From assembly GCA_951406725.2 (NCBI GenBank), contig OX597817.1:65472001-65536000 (forward strand): DNA of 64,000 nucleotides, in the 5' to 3' direction. Shown piece by piece: positions 38,338 through 51,819 of the stretch. The translations under genes and the position numbers were made by a program. Source of the stretch: Octopus vulgaris (taxonomy: Eukaryota). The notes beneath the pieces were generated by a model. The model had not been told where the DNA came from, searched no databases, and saw only the letters and a list, made by a program, of their open reading frames with translations. The stretch's first letter is position 1. The number at the start of each line of letters is the position of its first letter.

Positions 38338-38734
38338 GTCGTCGTCGTCGTCGTCACTACGGTCGCTGCCTCTATATTAACGTCTTCGTCAGTATCATCA
38401 TGATTATGACGATGTTTACTCAATATCATCATCATCATCATCATTACCACCACCATCATCACCATAATTACCATCATACCAAACAGGCATCCGTTAATCT
38501 GCAAAAATTCTAAGAGTTTGGTGAGATACGCTGTCAGTAAATCTGAAGATGGTAATCTGTTGACAAGGTTCTATGTGTACTGTTGAAGAAACTAATGACA
38601 TTGGGACAAGAAAAACATTTAATGGCAAACAAGGAGAACGTAATTAGTGCAATAAGAAAACAAAAACCTTCTCTCTCTCTCTCTCTCTCTATCTGTATAT
38701 GCACACACCCATACTCAGACACACACACACACAC

Positions 38735-39081
38735 ATCATCGATCCTAGTACTTGGCTGGTACTTTATTTCGTCAACCCCGAGGGGACAAAAGGCAAAGTT
38801 GACCTTGGTGGAATTTAAACTCCGAATGTAATGAGTCAGATGATACACCGTAAGGTATTTTGTCCGACACTCTAACGATTCTGTCTGCTCACCGCCTAAA
38901 AATAATACAATGAAGAAAAGTAATCACACTAAGTGTAAGTTATATAATTAGTACTACTAGGCAACTGGATACATTAATGCTGTACTGGGTGTAAAGTACG
39001 TGTATATTTAGAGATTTCAGGAACCTTGAAAGTAATCTGACAATGCGGAAAAAGTCGCATGATAACAATAATAATAACAAC

Positions 39082-39113
<32 letters not shown>

Positions 39114-39460
39114 TAATTGTGGCACAAGGCCTGCAATTTCGAGGGAGGGGACAAAACGATAACATCGATCCCTGGATCCCTGTGCTCAATTGGTACTTAT
39201 TTTATCAATCCCGGAAGGATGAAATTATAAGGAGAAGATGAAGAAGAAGACTAATAATCCTTTCTTCTAAAGGCACAAGGCCTGAAATTTTGGGGGAGGA
39301 GACTAGTCGATTACATCGACCCCAGTGTTCCACTGGTATTAAATTTATCGATACCGAAAGGATGCTCGGCGGAATCTGAATTCAGAACGCAAAGACAGAC
39401 GAAATGCCCCTAAGCATCTTGCCCGGCATGCTAACGATTTTGCCAGCTCGCCGCTTTAAA
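38735..39460 (-). mobile_element. Cluster of three SINE family A copies
   Basis: Reverse-complement family A segments at ~38735-38900, ~39120-39230 and ~39255-39460. Confidence 0.7.
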
Positions 39461-39479
39461 AAGAAAACTAGTAATAATA

Positions 39480-41750
39480 ATAAGGAACAAAATTAAGCAG
39501 CCGAAATTTTATAGGATGCTGATGAGCAATGTGCAAATAAATATAAAAGAAAATAAAACATGACTAAAGGAGAATAGGCGAAGGATTAGAAGTTTAAACA
39601 TTTTCAACATGGGAATTCTGAATATAGTGGAGATATCAGAAATCAAGAGGATTTCCAATGGGACAACTAAGGAATCTTCCAAGGATAACGTTTGATAGAA
39701 AAATTACGTCAACAATAAAAAAGCGCAAATTTTGCGGTCGTAGACTTAATGAAAACAAACATTAATATCACTAAGCTTAATTGTTTATAAATGAACATTG
39801 ATATTCATTCAAATTTATACATGCAATAATATCAAAACGCAAGTAAATAACGTGGAAAAGAAAATATTAGAAAAAATAAATAAAAAACAACAAATCTCTC
39901 AATTTTAAATCAATAAAAAAAGAATGAAAATGAAAAATAAATGAGAGATAACTATTATTGAAATACATATAAAAAAAGACGTACCTGAAATCAGAGACCA
40001 CCCAAAGAGGTTGATCATCGCTAAATCATAAATAATCCGTAATAATTAGAACCCAAAACGATGCAGCACAAACAGCAAGGAAAGTGAATGAACATCAGAG
40101 AAGAGTTTCTACAACGAAAGAATCACCTTGGATAAAAGTGTTTAAAACCACAAACACAGTTCTTAAACAGTCATAGGGTCCATGTCAGCTCACGATGCAA
40201 CTCGGAAGGCATCAGATAAAATTCCAAACTTCCAGTTAAAATATTCAACGTCATGCATAAAAATGCAGAAAAAATTATTTAATAACCAATTAATATTTCT
40301 GCTGTTAAATGCAACGGAAACAATACCAGGGTGGTTCACTAAAGGGAGACAATCTTAATTGCCAAGACTAAATAAATAGCAAACCTAAACTTAAAGTTTT
40401 AACTGCATTAATACTCCGGAGGTAAAATATTTTAGGGAAAAATGCCCAGACGGTTAGATATGGTTGTAAAGATCAACAACTAGAGATAAAGCTCTAAAAA
40501 TAGAATGGATTAACTACGAGAAGGCTTCTGAAAGTGTTTCCTATACATGGATCCTGTAAACATAATCAATGAATAAAGTAGTACCAACATTAAACAAGCA
40601 CTTCAAGTATATCATGAATAAATTGCAAACAATTCTGTAAATATAAAAATGATCTTTGCTATAATGCACTTTAGGTTTTCTTTATGAAATACTGTGTTAT
40701 TACGGCTGTTAATAGTTCATCAGCAAGATATGTGCGCGGACAAAAATAGGGTGGACAGCAGTACGTACGTTTCGAATCTTTTTGGAATCAATCGTCAGTA
40801 GTTGTGTACGTATGTAATAAACGTACGTAAAAGAGTCGAAACATATGTACAATTGTTTCTCCACTTTTTTTTCAACACACACATACTATACAGACAAAAA
40901 TTTTACAAGTGTCATAATACACAGTGTTAGCTAAAACCCCATTAGATAAGTTCTATTTTACATTACAGCAACAAAATGAAGTACAGTTAACTCATCAGTA
41001 ATTAGATGTTCAAAATGAATTCTATTTCATTTAGAATAGAAATATTCCAAGAGATTTTCTCTTCACGCCGTTTACTGCCGAATGTATTACTTTCATTCAA
41101 ATGGTCTCGGATATAAATACCGACTTTATGTATGAACTTACTGAAAATCTAAGTTGCAGGCAGTAAATGAACTAAAGACAATGGCAAACTGTACATCAAT
41201 TTATTAGAAGAATTCGGGCTAGAAAAACATGTCAATGTAACTTTGAATAGAATGGAAATACATAAAGAATAATCTGAGCAGAATTGAAAGCTGAGGAACA
41301 AGAATTTTTGCCTGTGGTACATGATGGAAGTCTTTCGGAGACACCAAAAGTATTTAATGAGACAATACAGTAAGTATCTGCAGAATATGTGGAAGTGGAG
41401 AAGAAACAATTAACTATATTGTCTCTGGTTGTCCAGTCTTATTCAAAAAGACAGGATTGTCTTCATATACTTGAAAATATGCTAGCATTTTGAAAACCTT
41501 GAGAAGACAGGCGCTATAAGAATACATAAGAGAATGACTCAGTAAAGATACTCACGGATATATCAATCTTCATCAATGTATCTCTAAAATAAATAGAAAA
41601 ATTTTCTAAATATAAAGTTCCAGAAATAGTGATAACCAGTTGTGAGGATAGAAAGCAGAAACGATTCCTATAGTGCGTTTTTATATAATTGAAAACAATG
41701 CAGGGTACCCATATACGGTTCTGTAAGGGAACAAGATGAACAAAGAACAT
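39480..41750 (+). pseudogene. Highly decayed R4/Dong-like RT region
   Basis: Remnants KASDKIPNF.LK, IPGWFTKG, YEKASESVSYTWIL and EIFQ... occur in RT-domain order with many stops and frameshifts. It is interrupted by the palindromic insert at 40656-40972. Confidence 0.55.
40656..40972. mobile_element. Decayed palindromic insert carrying hammerhead-like motifs
   Basis: Outer arms TTGCTATAATG / CATTACAGCAA, then ACTGTGTTATTA / TAATACACAGT, inner GTACGTACGTTTCGAATCTTTT / AAAAGAGTCGAAACATATGTAC. Minus strand reads CTGACGA...GATTC-GAAA-CGTACG-TA at 40762-40798. Confidence 0.55.
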
Positions 41751-41954
41751 TTTTATTTTTCCTTAAGAAAATTGAGCTTGCGTAACGAACTAAAATTTGA
41801 TCAGCGATCGCGAGCAGACTAATTACGCGTATAAGCTCATTCACTTAGCGAGTTGACATTTGAACAAGAAACTGCGAGCTGACTACGCATGCGCATAAGT
41901 GGCTAGCGGAGGGGTACAAACGGTTCATTAACATCCATGAACGTATTTTATTTA

Positions 41955-43234
41955 TTAGGTCGTTCCGAAAATAATGGCCGATTCCAGAAAAATTATTTTA
42001 CTTTGGAAAAATTAACAATAGAAATGTTTTGATTAGTCAAAGTATGAGCCGTGAACGTCTATGCATGTCTGCCATCAACCAGCGAGATTATTTATGCAAC
42101 GTTGATAAAAACGTATTGGCTTTGATGTAAGAAGTCTTTGAAAACTGATTCCACCTCTGGTTTGGACCTGAAAGTTTTAGCACTTAAAAAATAATAGTCT
42201 GTGGGTGAAAGATGGTAGTCAGTGAGCGAAAGTTCAGGAGAATATCGAGGATGTGGTAAAGTCTCGTATCCCAAGTCTGAGATTTTCTGCAGCGTCATTC
42301 TTGCAACATGTGGCTTTGCATTATCATGGAGCAGAATTGGGCCACACCGATTCACTAATGCAGGTTTCATTTTTTGTAAGTGAGCATGCATTTCAGCGAG
42401 TTGATTGCAGTAAACCTCTGCTGTATTGTTCTGATTGGCTTCCAGAAAGCTGTTATGGACAACACCAACTGTAGACCATCAGACAGTCACCATAGTCTTT
42501 TGCTGATGCACCTTTGGCTTTGGAAAATGGTTGGGGGGACTCATCACGATCAAACCATTGACCTGATCGTTTACGGTTATCATAAAGGATCTACTTTTCA
42601 TCACATGTGACTTTTCGGTCAAGAAAAGGATCATTGGTATTTCGTAGAAAGAGCATCGAGCACACTTCAAAACGCTGAACTTTTTGATTTTCATTGAACT
42701 CTTGCGGTATCCATTTATCGAGCTTTTATACCTTACCAATCTTCTGCAGATTGCTTGAGACCATTGCAATACCGACACCAAGTGCTTGAGACATTTCTCT
42801 GACATTTTGACGTGGGTTTTTGTTCAACAATTGCTTTCAATTGTTCATTGCCAAGACTGCATGACTGTCCTCTACCTTCTTCATCTTCAAGGCTCTCATT
42901 ACCACTACGGAATTTCTGAAACCACTTTCGTACCGTGCGATCACTTGCGGACCCCTCTGCCCATGCTCTGTTGATATTGGAAGCAGTTTGGGAGGCATTG
43001 TGCCCAAGCTTGAACTCATGCAAGAAAAGTAAGCGAAGGTCCCTTTTTGCCAAGTTCATTATTAAGGACGCCTATGCTTCAAGAATGCTTTCTGTCTGAA
43101 ATAAATAGAAAATTATTAAAGAGCATACATCAATTATTAAATATGTCGAAATCCTTCTAAAATCTAATTAAAATACTATGATAAAATTGCGTTTCAAAAC
43201 ACTTAGAGCGGCCATTATTTTCGGAACAACCTAA
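41955..43234 (-). mobile_element. Full-length mariner DNA transposon with frameshifted transposase
   Basis: TIRs TTAGGT(C/T)GTTCCGAAAATAATGGCCG at both ends, TA duplications at 41953-41954 and 43235-43236, length 1280 bp. ORF pieces: MNLAKRDLRLLFLHEFKLGHNASQT...RTVRKWFQKFRSG..SLEDEEGRG, PKPKVHQQKTMVTV and ILLHDNAKPH...LPHPRYSPELSLTDYHL. Confidence 0.95.
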
Positions 43235-43349
43235 TAGCTTGTGAATATTCATATTTTATATGGAAAATATTTCTCATATCTTTTTGCTAAAACATAACCG
43301 TATAGATCGACAAAAGCAAGATGACAATGAAACACACACACACACACAT

Positions 43350-43390
<41 letters not shown>

Positions 43391-43413
<23 letters not shown>

Positions 43414-43546
43414 GACAGGCTTCTTTCAGTTTCTGTCTACCAAATCCACTCACAAGGCTTTGGTCGGCCCGAGGCTATAGTAGAAGGCACTTGCCCGGAA
43501 CCATGTGGTCGGTAAGCAAGTTACTTACCACACAGCCACTCCTGCA

Positions 43547-43550
<4 letters not shown>
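43391..43550 (-). mobile_element. SINE family B partial copy
   Basis: ACGACAGGCTTCTTTCAGTTTCTGTCTACCAAATCCACTCACAAGG...CCACACAGCCACTCCTGCACCT. Confidence 0.8.
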
Positions 43551-43595
<45 letters not shown>

Positions 43596-43601
<6 letters not shown>

Positions 43602-43819
43602 CATTATATAATTAGGCTTAGTAAAATAAATTACTTTGCTACATACTGAACTTAGTAGAAATAGCAGCCCAAAAATTTTCTTAGCATTTCTACTACTTAA
43701 AGAAAATTCTCTTTAAGTAGTAGAAATGCTAAGAAAATTTTTTTGGCTGCTATTTCTACTAAGTTCAGTATGTGGCAAAGTAATTTATTTTACTAAGCCC
43801 TAATTATATAATGTAATAT
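43596..43819. repeat. Near-perfect ~105-bp-arm hairpin in an insert between (AT)n tracts
   Basis: ATATTACATTATATAATTAGG...TTCTACTACTTAAAG | CTTTAAGTAGTAGAA...CCTAATTATATAATGTAATAT, centred near 43706. Confidence 0.9.
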
Positions 43820-43900
43820 TTTGAATTCGCCTTAAATGGTCCTTTTACATACTGAACACTTGGTGAAATTGATTAATTAATTAATTTTACCCTCAATTGT

Positions 43901-43943
<43 letters not shown>

Positions 43944-44259
43944 TGCATCTACTATTAATGTTTGGACAAGTAAAACATTATTTCATACCTTTATGCGGAG
44001 CTTGGGTGAGACGTGGAGCGCATTACTCCCCACAAATTCAATTTCTCGTGTAACCATCAGGACTCTGGACGGATTATGTTCGTATAAAGAGACCCTGTTG
44101 TATAACTTACAAAAGCAGAGCTAGACAGCGCTAACACACATATTACTTGATATGCTTTCAATATAAAACCAAAACTAAACATTGCACTTTGCGAAGGCTC
44201 ACAAAAATGCGCTCGATTGTGCAGTAAAAACAATAAGTCTAAAGGAAAAAGAATTATAA

Positions 44260-44918
44260 TAATCTTTTCTACTATAGGCACAAGACCTGCAATTTTGGGT
44301 GAAGATATAAGTCGATTACCCGGCGTGCCAACTATTCTGCCAGCTCGCTGCCTTAGAGAGAATTATTATGTTTCTTATTTCTTTATTGCTCACAAGGGGC
44401 TAAACATAGAGGGAACATACAAGGACAGACAAAGGGATTAAGTCGATTACATAGATCCCAGTGCGTAACTGGTACTTAATTTATCGACCCCGAAACGATG
44501 AAAGGCAAAGTCGACCTCGGCGGAATTTGAACTCAGAACGTAACGGCAGACGAAATACCTATTTCTTTACTACCCACAAGGAGCTAAACACAGAGAGGAT
44601 AGACAAGGACAGACAAACGGATTAAGTCGATTATATCGACACCAGTGCGTAACTGGTACTTATTTAATCGACCCCGAAAGGATGAAAGGCAAAGTCGACC
44701 TCGGCGGAATTTGAACTCAGAACCTAGCGGCAGATGAAATACCTATTTCTTTACTACCCACAAGGGGCTAAACACAGAGAGGACAAACAAGGACAGACAA
44801 ACGGATTAAGTCGATTAAATCGACCCCAGTGCATAACTGGTACTTAATTTATCGGCAGATGAAATACCGCTAAGCATTTCGCCCGGCGTGCTAACGTTTC
44901 TGCCAGCTCACCGCCTTG
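44260..44918 (-). mobile_element. SINE family A tandem multimer (~184-bp period)
   Basis: TTTCTTTA(C/T)T(A/G)C(C/T)CACAAGG recurs at ~44378, 44562 and 44746. The head is at 44918. Older copies follow at 44940-45370. Confidence 0.85.
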
Positions 44919-45523
44919 AATTATTATAATTGTTTTTAATTTTAGTAATCGATCTGCAATATTGAGGGATGGGGTTAATCGATATCATCAGCATTAATAC
45001 GTAACTGATACATTGTTTTATTGACACCAGAGGAAGTAAAGGCAAAGTTGATCACTGAACTTTGGGATCGGAACTCAGAATGTAAAGCGTCAGGAAAAAT
45101 AACGCAAATCAATTTTTCGATGCTCTACCGATTCTGTCATTCTACCGCCTTTAATAATTGTCTTTAATTGAATCACAAGACGAGAAAGTTATGAAGAGAT
45201 GTGGTTAGTGGTTTGCACCGACCCCAGTAATTGACTAGAACTTTATTTCATTGATTCTCCGGAGGTATTAAGGCAAAATTTATCCTCGGTAGGATTTGAA
45301 CCCAGAATGTTAACGGTTGAACAAATATCGGATGGTATTTTGTTGGTCGATTTGCCAATAATAATATCGCACCACATATTTCTTTAAGTAGAAACAAAGT
45401 AGGAAAAGTCAATAGCTTCGCTAATATCTCAACTGCATGTATTCATGTGTGCATATATGTGCGAATATATGTGCGTGTATGTACGTTTACCTCCCACCAT
45501 ACACAATCATACATATATACTAC

Positions 45524-45595
<72 letters not shown>

Positions 45596-47699
45596 CAAGA
45601 GAGAGAGAGAGAGTGAGAGATCATACCTTCGTAATACAGGCACAAACTCATTGTATGCACGCGTACACACGCATAAGTATAAAAGAAATTAAAGTTACAC
45701 AGAACGCCAAATTAATCGTGACACTATAGCTAGGGGACCCAACAGCGGCCCGAGACAATTAGCAACTAAATTAGAGAAAGCTAAACAACCAAGTTACTGA
45801 GACAGTAAAACAAAATAAGAAAGAGGATCGAGAATTGTCAGACATAAAATTATGAGAAGCGAATAATAGCTGAAGCTACAGACGACATCCCAACGGAAGA
45901 GAGTCATTAAAGCCGTGCTTATAGATGTCGGAGACAATATAGTAGAGTGATAAAACGGTCAAAAGAAGAAATTATACGTAATAATTGATATGCCGTGTAC
46001 TTTAGACAGAAATGTATATCTAACAGAAACGTAAAAGCTTTCGTATTTTAACAAATTAGAGATGGGAATAAAGAACTTAGAGGTGATAGCTAAAAATGTA
46101 CTCCCTAGAGAATCTGGGTTGTGGAGAGGTAGTGAGAAGAGATATGAAAAATGCTTTAATATAAGTCTGGACAACTTCCTACTCAAGAATGATTAAAAAT
46201 TATACTTTTAAGTACTTATAAAATGGTCAAACGAAGAAATTACTTGATATTGCTCTTTGAAAATGATCTCAGTTTGATTAGATTGAAGTGGTTAATGTGC
46301 AGCCGAAAGGTCTGTTCTTCTGCAGACATACAGTGAATTCCATTGATCACCGTTCTGGGGTAGAAAGGATTGAGCGAAATATTTAGTGCAGGATTGAAGG
46401 GTTGAGGCGTTGTAGAAAAGACTTGTGCAGCGATCGAGCATGCTGTCCGGTTTGCTGATTCATGAATGAAGGCCGTTGTCGTGATAGAAGAGACAAAGGG
46501 AAGAAACCATGTGTCTATGACGTAGTGGTTGCAATGCGTTGGTGCTTGAATCACTGCAAATTAGTAGATAACCTTCTTGTAAGTCATGTCGTGGATACAG
46601 TGGAAGCAGTAGATGTGTCAGCCATACCACAACGAAAATTCTATGTGTGTATGTGTACGTATATGCGTGTGTATAAAAGATGAGCCATAAAGGTACATGA
46701 TACAATAAGCAATGCTGTATAATCGATAGTTACTTGATACATGCCCCCCCACACACACACACAAACAATCATTAAAATACATTCAATATAGTCCTGAACC
46801 TAAATAAAGTCATCCTGTACAGTTTCTTCGCAAACAACCAATATTTATGTATCTAGTCTGCTATGGTAAATAAAAACACAAAAATAGATAATGAATGAAA
46901 AAAACACAGCCTCCACAGAATATCAACATAGACGTAAAATCTGAAATATATCCGATACCATTAAACTAAAACCGATATCTCTCTCTCTCACACACACACA
47001 CGCACACACAAAGGTGGCAGCGTTGTTATGCAGACTAGAATAAGTACAATTGATTCCTATTTTATGTATTACATGTTATTACATACAAAATATATTGTTT
47101 AAATAATACAAATGTCCTTAAATGATGTGAGCATGTGCAGTATACAAAACAGAAAGAACGAACTTGAATACAAATGAAGTTGAATGGAAATAATGTGATC
47201 TCAGTAAGTACAGCTGATACCTATGCAATGCATAATTTGTGATTATTACATCGAAAATATATTTACCAACATATAAACATAGGAAAATAGGAACAAACTA
47301 ACATGCCTAGTAAAGAAAAAAGAAATGAGGATTTTCAATACAAAGAAAGCTAAGCAAACGAACTTAAAATAATATCAATACAATTTAAAATCTGTTCAGC
47401 TCAGTCTAAATCAAACAGTGACAAAAATGTGATTGGCCGAGTAAAGATAAATTTCGTAGCGTGAGTTTATTGAAATTATAACTGGAAAGCAACGTAATAT
47501 GTGGTTCAGAGCGGTGCATCTTCGGAAGATAACTCCGAACAAAAAATGCCTGTCTCTTATTGCTAGTGTTCAAAATATAAACAAAATAATAAAAAGTTAA
47601 TGTTCGGCCGATGAACATTTTATTGATATGTAACATTCCTACTACACAATATCTAACATACTTGAGCTCTACTAAAGAGATGTATGAGATAAAGAATAT

Positions 47700-49760
47700 C
47701 AATATAAAAGCGAATGTAAGGAGATTTATAAAATTTTCTAATAATTGAAATAAGACAATTTATAGAAAGAATACACGCTGAAAATTTAAACAATAAATAG
47801 CCCTGACTACACATAAACATGGCCTACAACAAATCAATGAAACCAATGAAAGTACCACAACAAAACATACGCCAACAAAGATACATAAACACTTCATAAA
47901 AAGAAAGAAACACAACAGAGACAACGACATTCAAAAAATGAACACATAAAATGCAATGACTATATTATAGAACTATCCACAGAATTTTAAAAAAAACATG
48001 ACTGTAAAACGAAATAAAGATTAAAGTCCAAAGTGATCATGAAGCTCATAGAAGTCCCCCTCATAGAAACATTCAACCAAATCCACAGCCACAATAAAAC
48101 TATACCCTTGACCCATACTTGACAGCAAATAATAAAACCGTGAGAGAATAAATAAATGTAATGATAGGATAAATAAATAAATGTAAATGTAATGACAGGA
48201 TAAAAAAGCTCTAGAACTGACCAGGCCTCCAATTTCTGTCTGAAGCAACTGAACAGTATCTATCTGTAGGTTATGGTAGCAATCAAAGATGGGGAGAGGG
48301 AACAATATCCATTCTTAAAAACAAAAAGACCAGAGGCCTTCCAAACCATACCTATAATTTAATTACCAGCATCATACAAAACCCCCTCATCCACTGTATA
48401 CAGTAGACTGGCTATTCGCCCAGAGAGAACAACATACTACATGAAGCAGAAAAGACCCCTGGGAGGAAAATGTGGCTGTACTGAACAGCTACTGATGAAC
48501 CGGATCATTGTAGGAAGCAGAAAAGGAGGAAAACAAAATCTTAACTTGGGTTGAATTGATTTGTTAAAAACATTTATGAGTATACCTTATTAGACATACA
48601 GTTTATAAATAACTGTTCCATTTCAAAATGAAAAACAAACATATGACTACAAGACAAAGTGAATAATTTAAAACCAGCTCCATATCCACACGAAAAGGAA
48701 TATTTCAAGGGGTCTTATGATCTCATCTGTTCTACTGTGTCCTGACTACATTAATAAATCTGTTGAAGGAAACCAAGAATGTTTATAGATACTATAGATA
48801 AAGTATAAATGATCTCCTTTACATTGATGACTTAGAAATATTTGCAAAAGATAATACTTGGAAAATTAATTGTTCATAAATTCAGTGAAGCCAATAAAAT
48901 AAGCAGATAATTAGACAAATGTGCCAAAACTACAATACTGAAAGGCAAATTAACTTAAACTGAGAATATATAATTAAATACAGACAACGAAATCAAGAAT
49001 TAGACCAAAACCACTCATAGTTTAGAAGTAGATAACACTAAGATAAAATAGGAAAATGTAGGATAAAATTAGATGAGTACAATAAAAGGCTCAGACTAAT
49101 ATAAAAATCTGAATTCAACGCTAGAAATATGATAATAGGTATAAATGCACTAGCCTTACCAATCATAAACAACAATTATGATACAATAATTTGCAAGTGA
49201 ATTGTAAAGCTTAGACAGAAAATCAGAAAACTACCAGTAGCGTTCTGGCGCTACTACTCTAAAGTAAACAGTGATAAGCTATATCTATACGAGTGGACGG
49301 GTTCTGATACAGATATAACAACAGTAGTAGGTGAAAAACACTTAGAAGCAAATTAAAACTGATTAGTGTAATAAAGAAGCACAAAAGAAATCAAAAAGTA
49401 GAAATTAGAAACTCACTACAATGGCGTAAATGATTTTGATACCGATAAAGGAATAGGAAAGGTTTTTAAAAAGAAAAACAAAAGAGATATGCTAGAATAT
49501 ACTGAATGGCGCAATGCCAAACTCCCATCGACCTCAACACAAAGGAAAGAGGATTCTCCTTGCAAGACAAAGGAAAGCGGATCCTCCTCGCACCTGTCAC
49601 CAGAGCTTGTGGTGACATTAAATTCTCTACTCTTTCGATCTCTGTCATCCGCCTGTCAGAGAAATAACATCACAAAGACACTAAGAAGCACAAAATGTGT
49701 TACATAAAGTTAGTTAAAATATAAAATACTGGATTGGAAAGAAAATATAAGGAAGTCATT
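47700..49760 (+). pseudogene. Highly decayed R4/Dong-like RT region
   Basis: Remnants CGCTEQLLMNRII, KGIFQG, DLLYIDDLEIFAKD (48811-48852), LDKCAK, KSEFNARNMIIGINALALPII and LDRKIRKL occur in the expected order. Confidence 0.7.
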
Positions 49761-50049
49761 ATATAAAGAGTACATTATGTTGACAGTGTTGTTAAAGCAT
49801 CGAGCGAAATTCCGTGTAATATATTTCGCGGCTTTTTGCATACTGAGCTCAAATCCCGCAAGAGTCAATACAGTAGCAAGCATTAAATTTGATAAAATAT
49901 TCTTTGGGACAATGTATTTCCATCAAGCGAAAGTACTTGTAATCGGCCACCACCACCTAGTCTTTCAGCGACACAATATTATAGACCCATTTCTGAGCGT
50001 GATTCGCCATTATTCGTTAGTATTGTGCTGTATATATATAAAATGATTT

Positions 50050-50560
50050 TAAAAAAACACAACTCGAATGTAGTCATAAATTAAATGATTGTCAAGACAG
50101 AAGATAAAATATTTAACCGTAAGAATAGAAGACAATTTATGAAGATAACAAAAGTTAGAAAGATTTATGAATAGATATAGATTCTAAAGTATTAAGTGTT
50201 GAGGAATTAGGACGTGTTAAGAAGTAAGGAAAGGAATGAAATGAAGTATTAACAAATTTTATATCGAGAAATGATAAACAACTGTCTGTTTACCCAAAAT
50301 AGAAGATAGATCATAAAACGACGGCTAATTCTGGGTTAGTTTGTGGAAAGAGAAATCCATAACATCAGCAATACCATGTTAGACAAAATAATGAAGAACG
50401 TGCTAGAGGGATAGCAAAGCACGGATGACTAGGATTTGAGAAAAATATAATGAAGAAAACATAGAGAAGTGGGAAAAATGGACTCATGTGAGGTAATGAT
50501 GGCATTCAGAATTATTAGTGAAAGAAGTAAAGCTGTATTTAGAGAACAATTTGTCTTCGA
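50050..50560 (+). pseudogene. Possible very old LINE RT remnant
   Basis: Weak remnants VCLPKIEDR, KIMKNVLE, GF and EVMMAFRIISER resemble RT domains 1-2a of RTE/CR1-type LINEs. Confidence 0.3.
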
Positions 50561-51000
50561 ATGCAAGAAGGGACTCTTATTCCACTTGCTATTTCAAATT
50601 AGGTAGCATTCAGTCAAAATAATTTCTTTCACAAGTCGGAAATCTTAAAAGAGGCAAAAACATTTGAAGACGAATCATCTGTTTAAACACCTCAAACAAA
50701 ATTTTCACAAGTTTCTCGATTAGGTACATGAAGGTAAGCCTTTGAAATCAACTGCGAAACTTATGGTGAAAACATTTTAATTTTACAGACAAAAGGCATT
50801 TGATATCATGCTTGTAAATGAGAGTTAGCACTAAATTGGCTAAGGACAACAGAGAAGTTCCTATTCTTAAATATCAACACTATTAATCTAAACACTACTA
50901 TAGAATAATTATTTGCTTGACAACTACATATAGGCTCTACAAGTCTAGAATATTACGAAATCTTAACAGAGGATCTTAAAGAGATTTCGAACCGCGTAAG

Positions 51001-51545
51001 TACGAGGGCTGGCTGAAAAGTTCATCGTCTGACCGAGGTTTATTTTTCAACTTAGTTCCCTATGCAGTCCACGCACTTCTCCAATCGGTGTTGCAGTGCT
51101 TGGATCCCATCGATGAAGAAGCTTTCATCTTGTAGGTCAAAAAAGTAATCAACAGCAGATACGACATCATCATCACTGCGATACTGGTACACAGCCAAGT
51201 GCTTATTCATGTTGGGGAATAGACGATAGACAGATGGGGTCCAAATCAGGAGAATGGGGAGTGTGATCAACCAATTCTATGCTACAGTCACGCACAGCAG
51301 CCATTCAAAGCAAGGACTTGTGTGCTGGAGTTTTATCCTAATGAAACAAGACTCCTTTCGGCAATTTTTCTGCGCGTTTGATCTTTATAACCTTTCGTAA
51401 CGGCCTCACCAAGTTCGCATAGTACTCTTATTGATGCTGTGGCTCTTTTGAAGATAATCAATAAACACAATGACTTTTGCATTCCCAAAACTGAGGCCGT
51501 CACCTTCCTTGACGATGAAACGACCTTCGCCTTCTATGAAGCATG
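51001..51545 (-). mobile_element. Mariner 3' fragment with one TIR
   Basis: TIR-like TACGAGGGCTGGCTGAAAAGTTC at 51001. ORF PSVYRLFPNMNKHL...YRSDDDVVSAVDYFFDLQDESFFIDGIQALQHRLEKCVDCIGN is a mariner transposase C-terminus. Confidence 0.8.
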
Positions 51546-51819
51546 TTTTTATACAGTTTACCTTCTCCTAGAAGGGAGTTCTAACAAGAACTAGGGTCCT
51601 TCATTTCTAGTAGTTCTCATGCTAGTTGACGCATAGCTGGAACCGTAACAGACGCTACTACTCTGGGACAGAGTAGACATGGAAACAATATTGGCTAAGA
51701 GGTGCTTCCACACTTCTCAAATCCTAGATCTACCGTACTAGAGCCTCCACTACTACCAGTTGCAGTTTATAGTCATATCTAAGTTATGTTAAATATGTGG
51801 TATGTCGTTAAATGGTTTT

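Noticed and set aside
41800-41930. CpG-rich patch with NRF1-like ACGCATGCGCA suggesting a promoter
   Set aside because: It is a single motif between transposon remnants with no associated exon.
45680-46620. Possible decayed LINE or coding remnant
   Set aside because: No recognisable motif could be recovered by eye.
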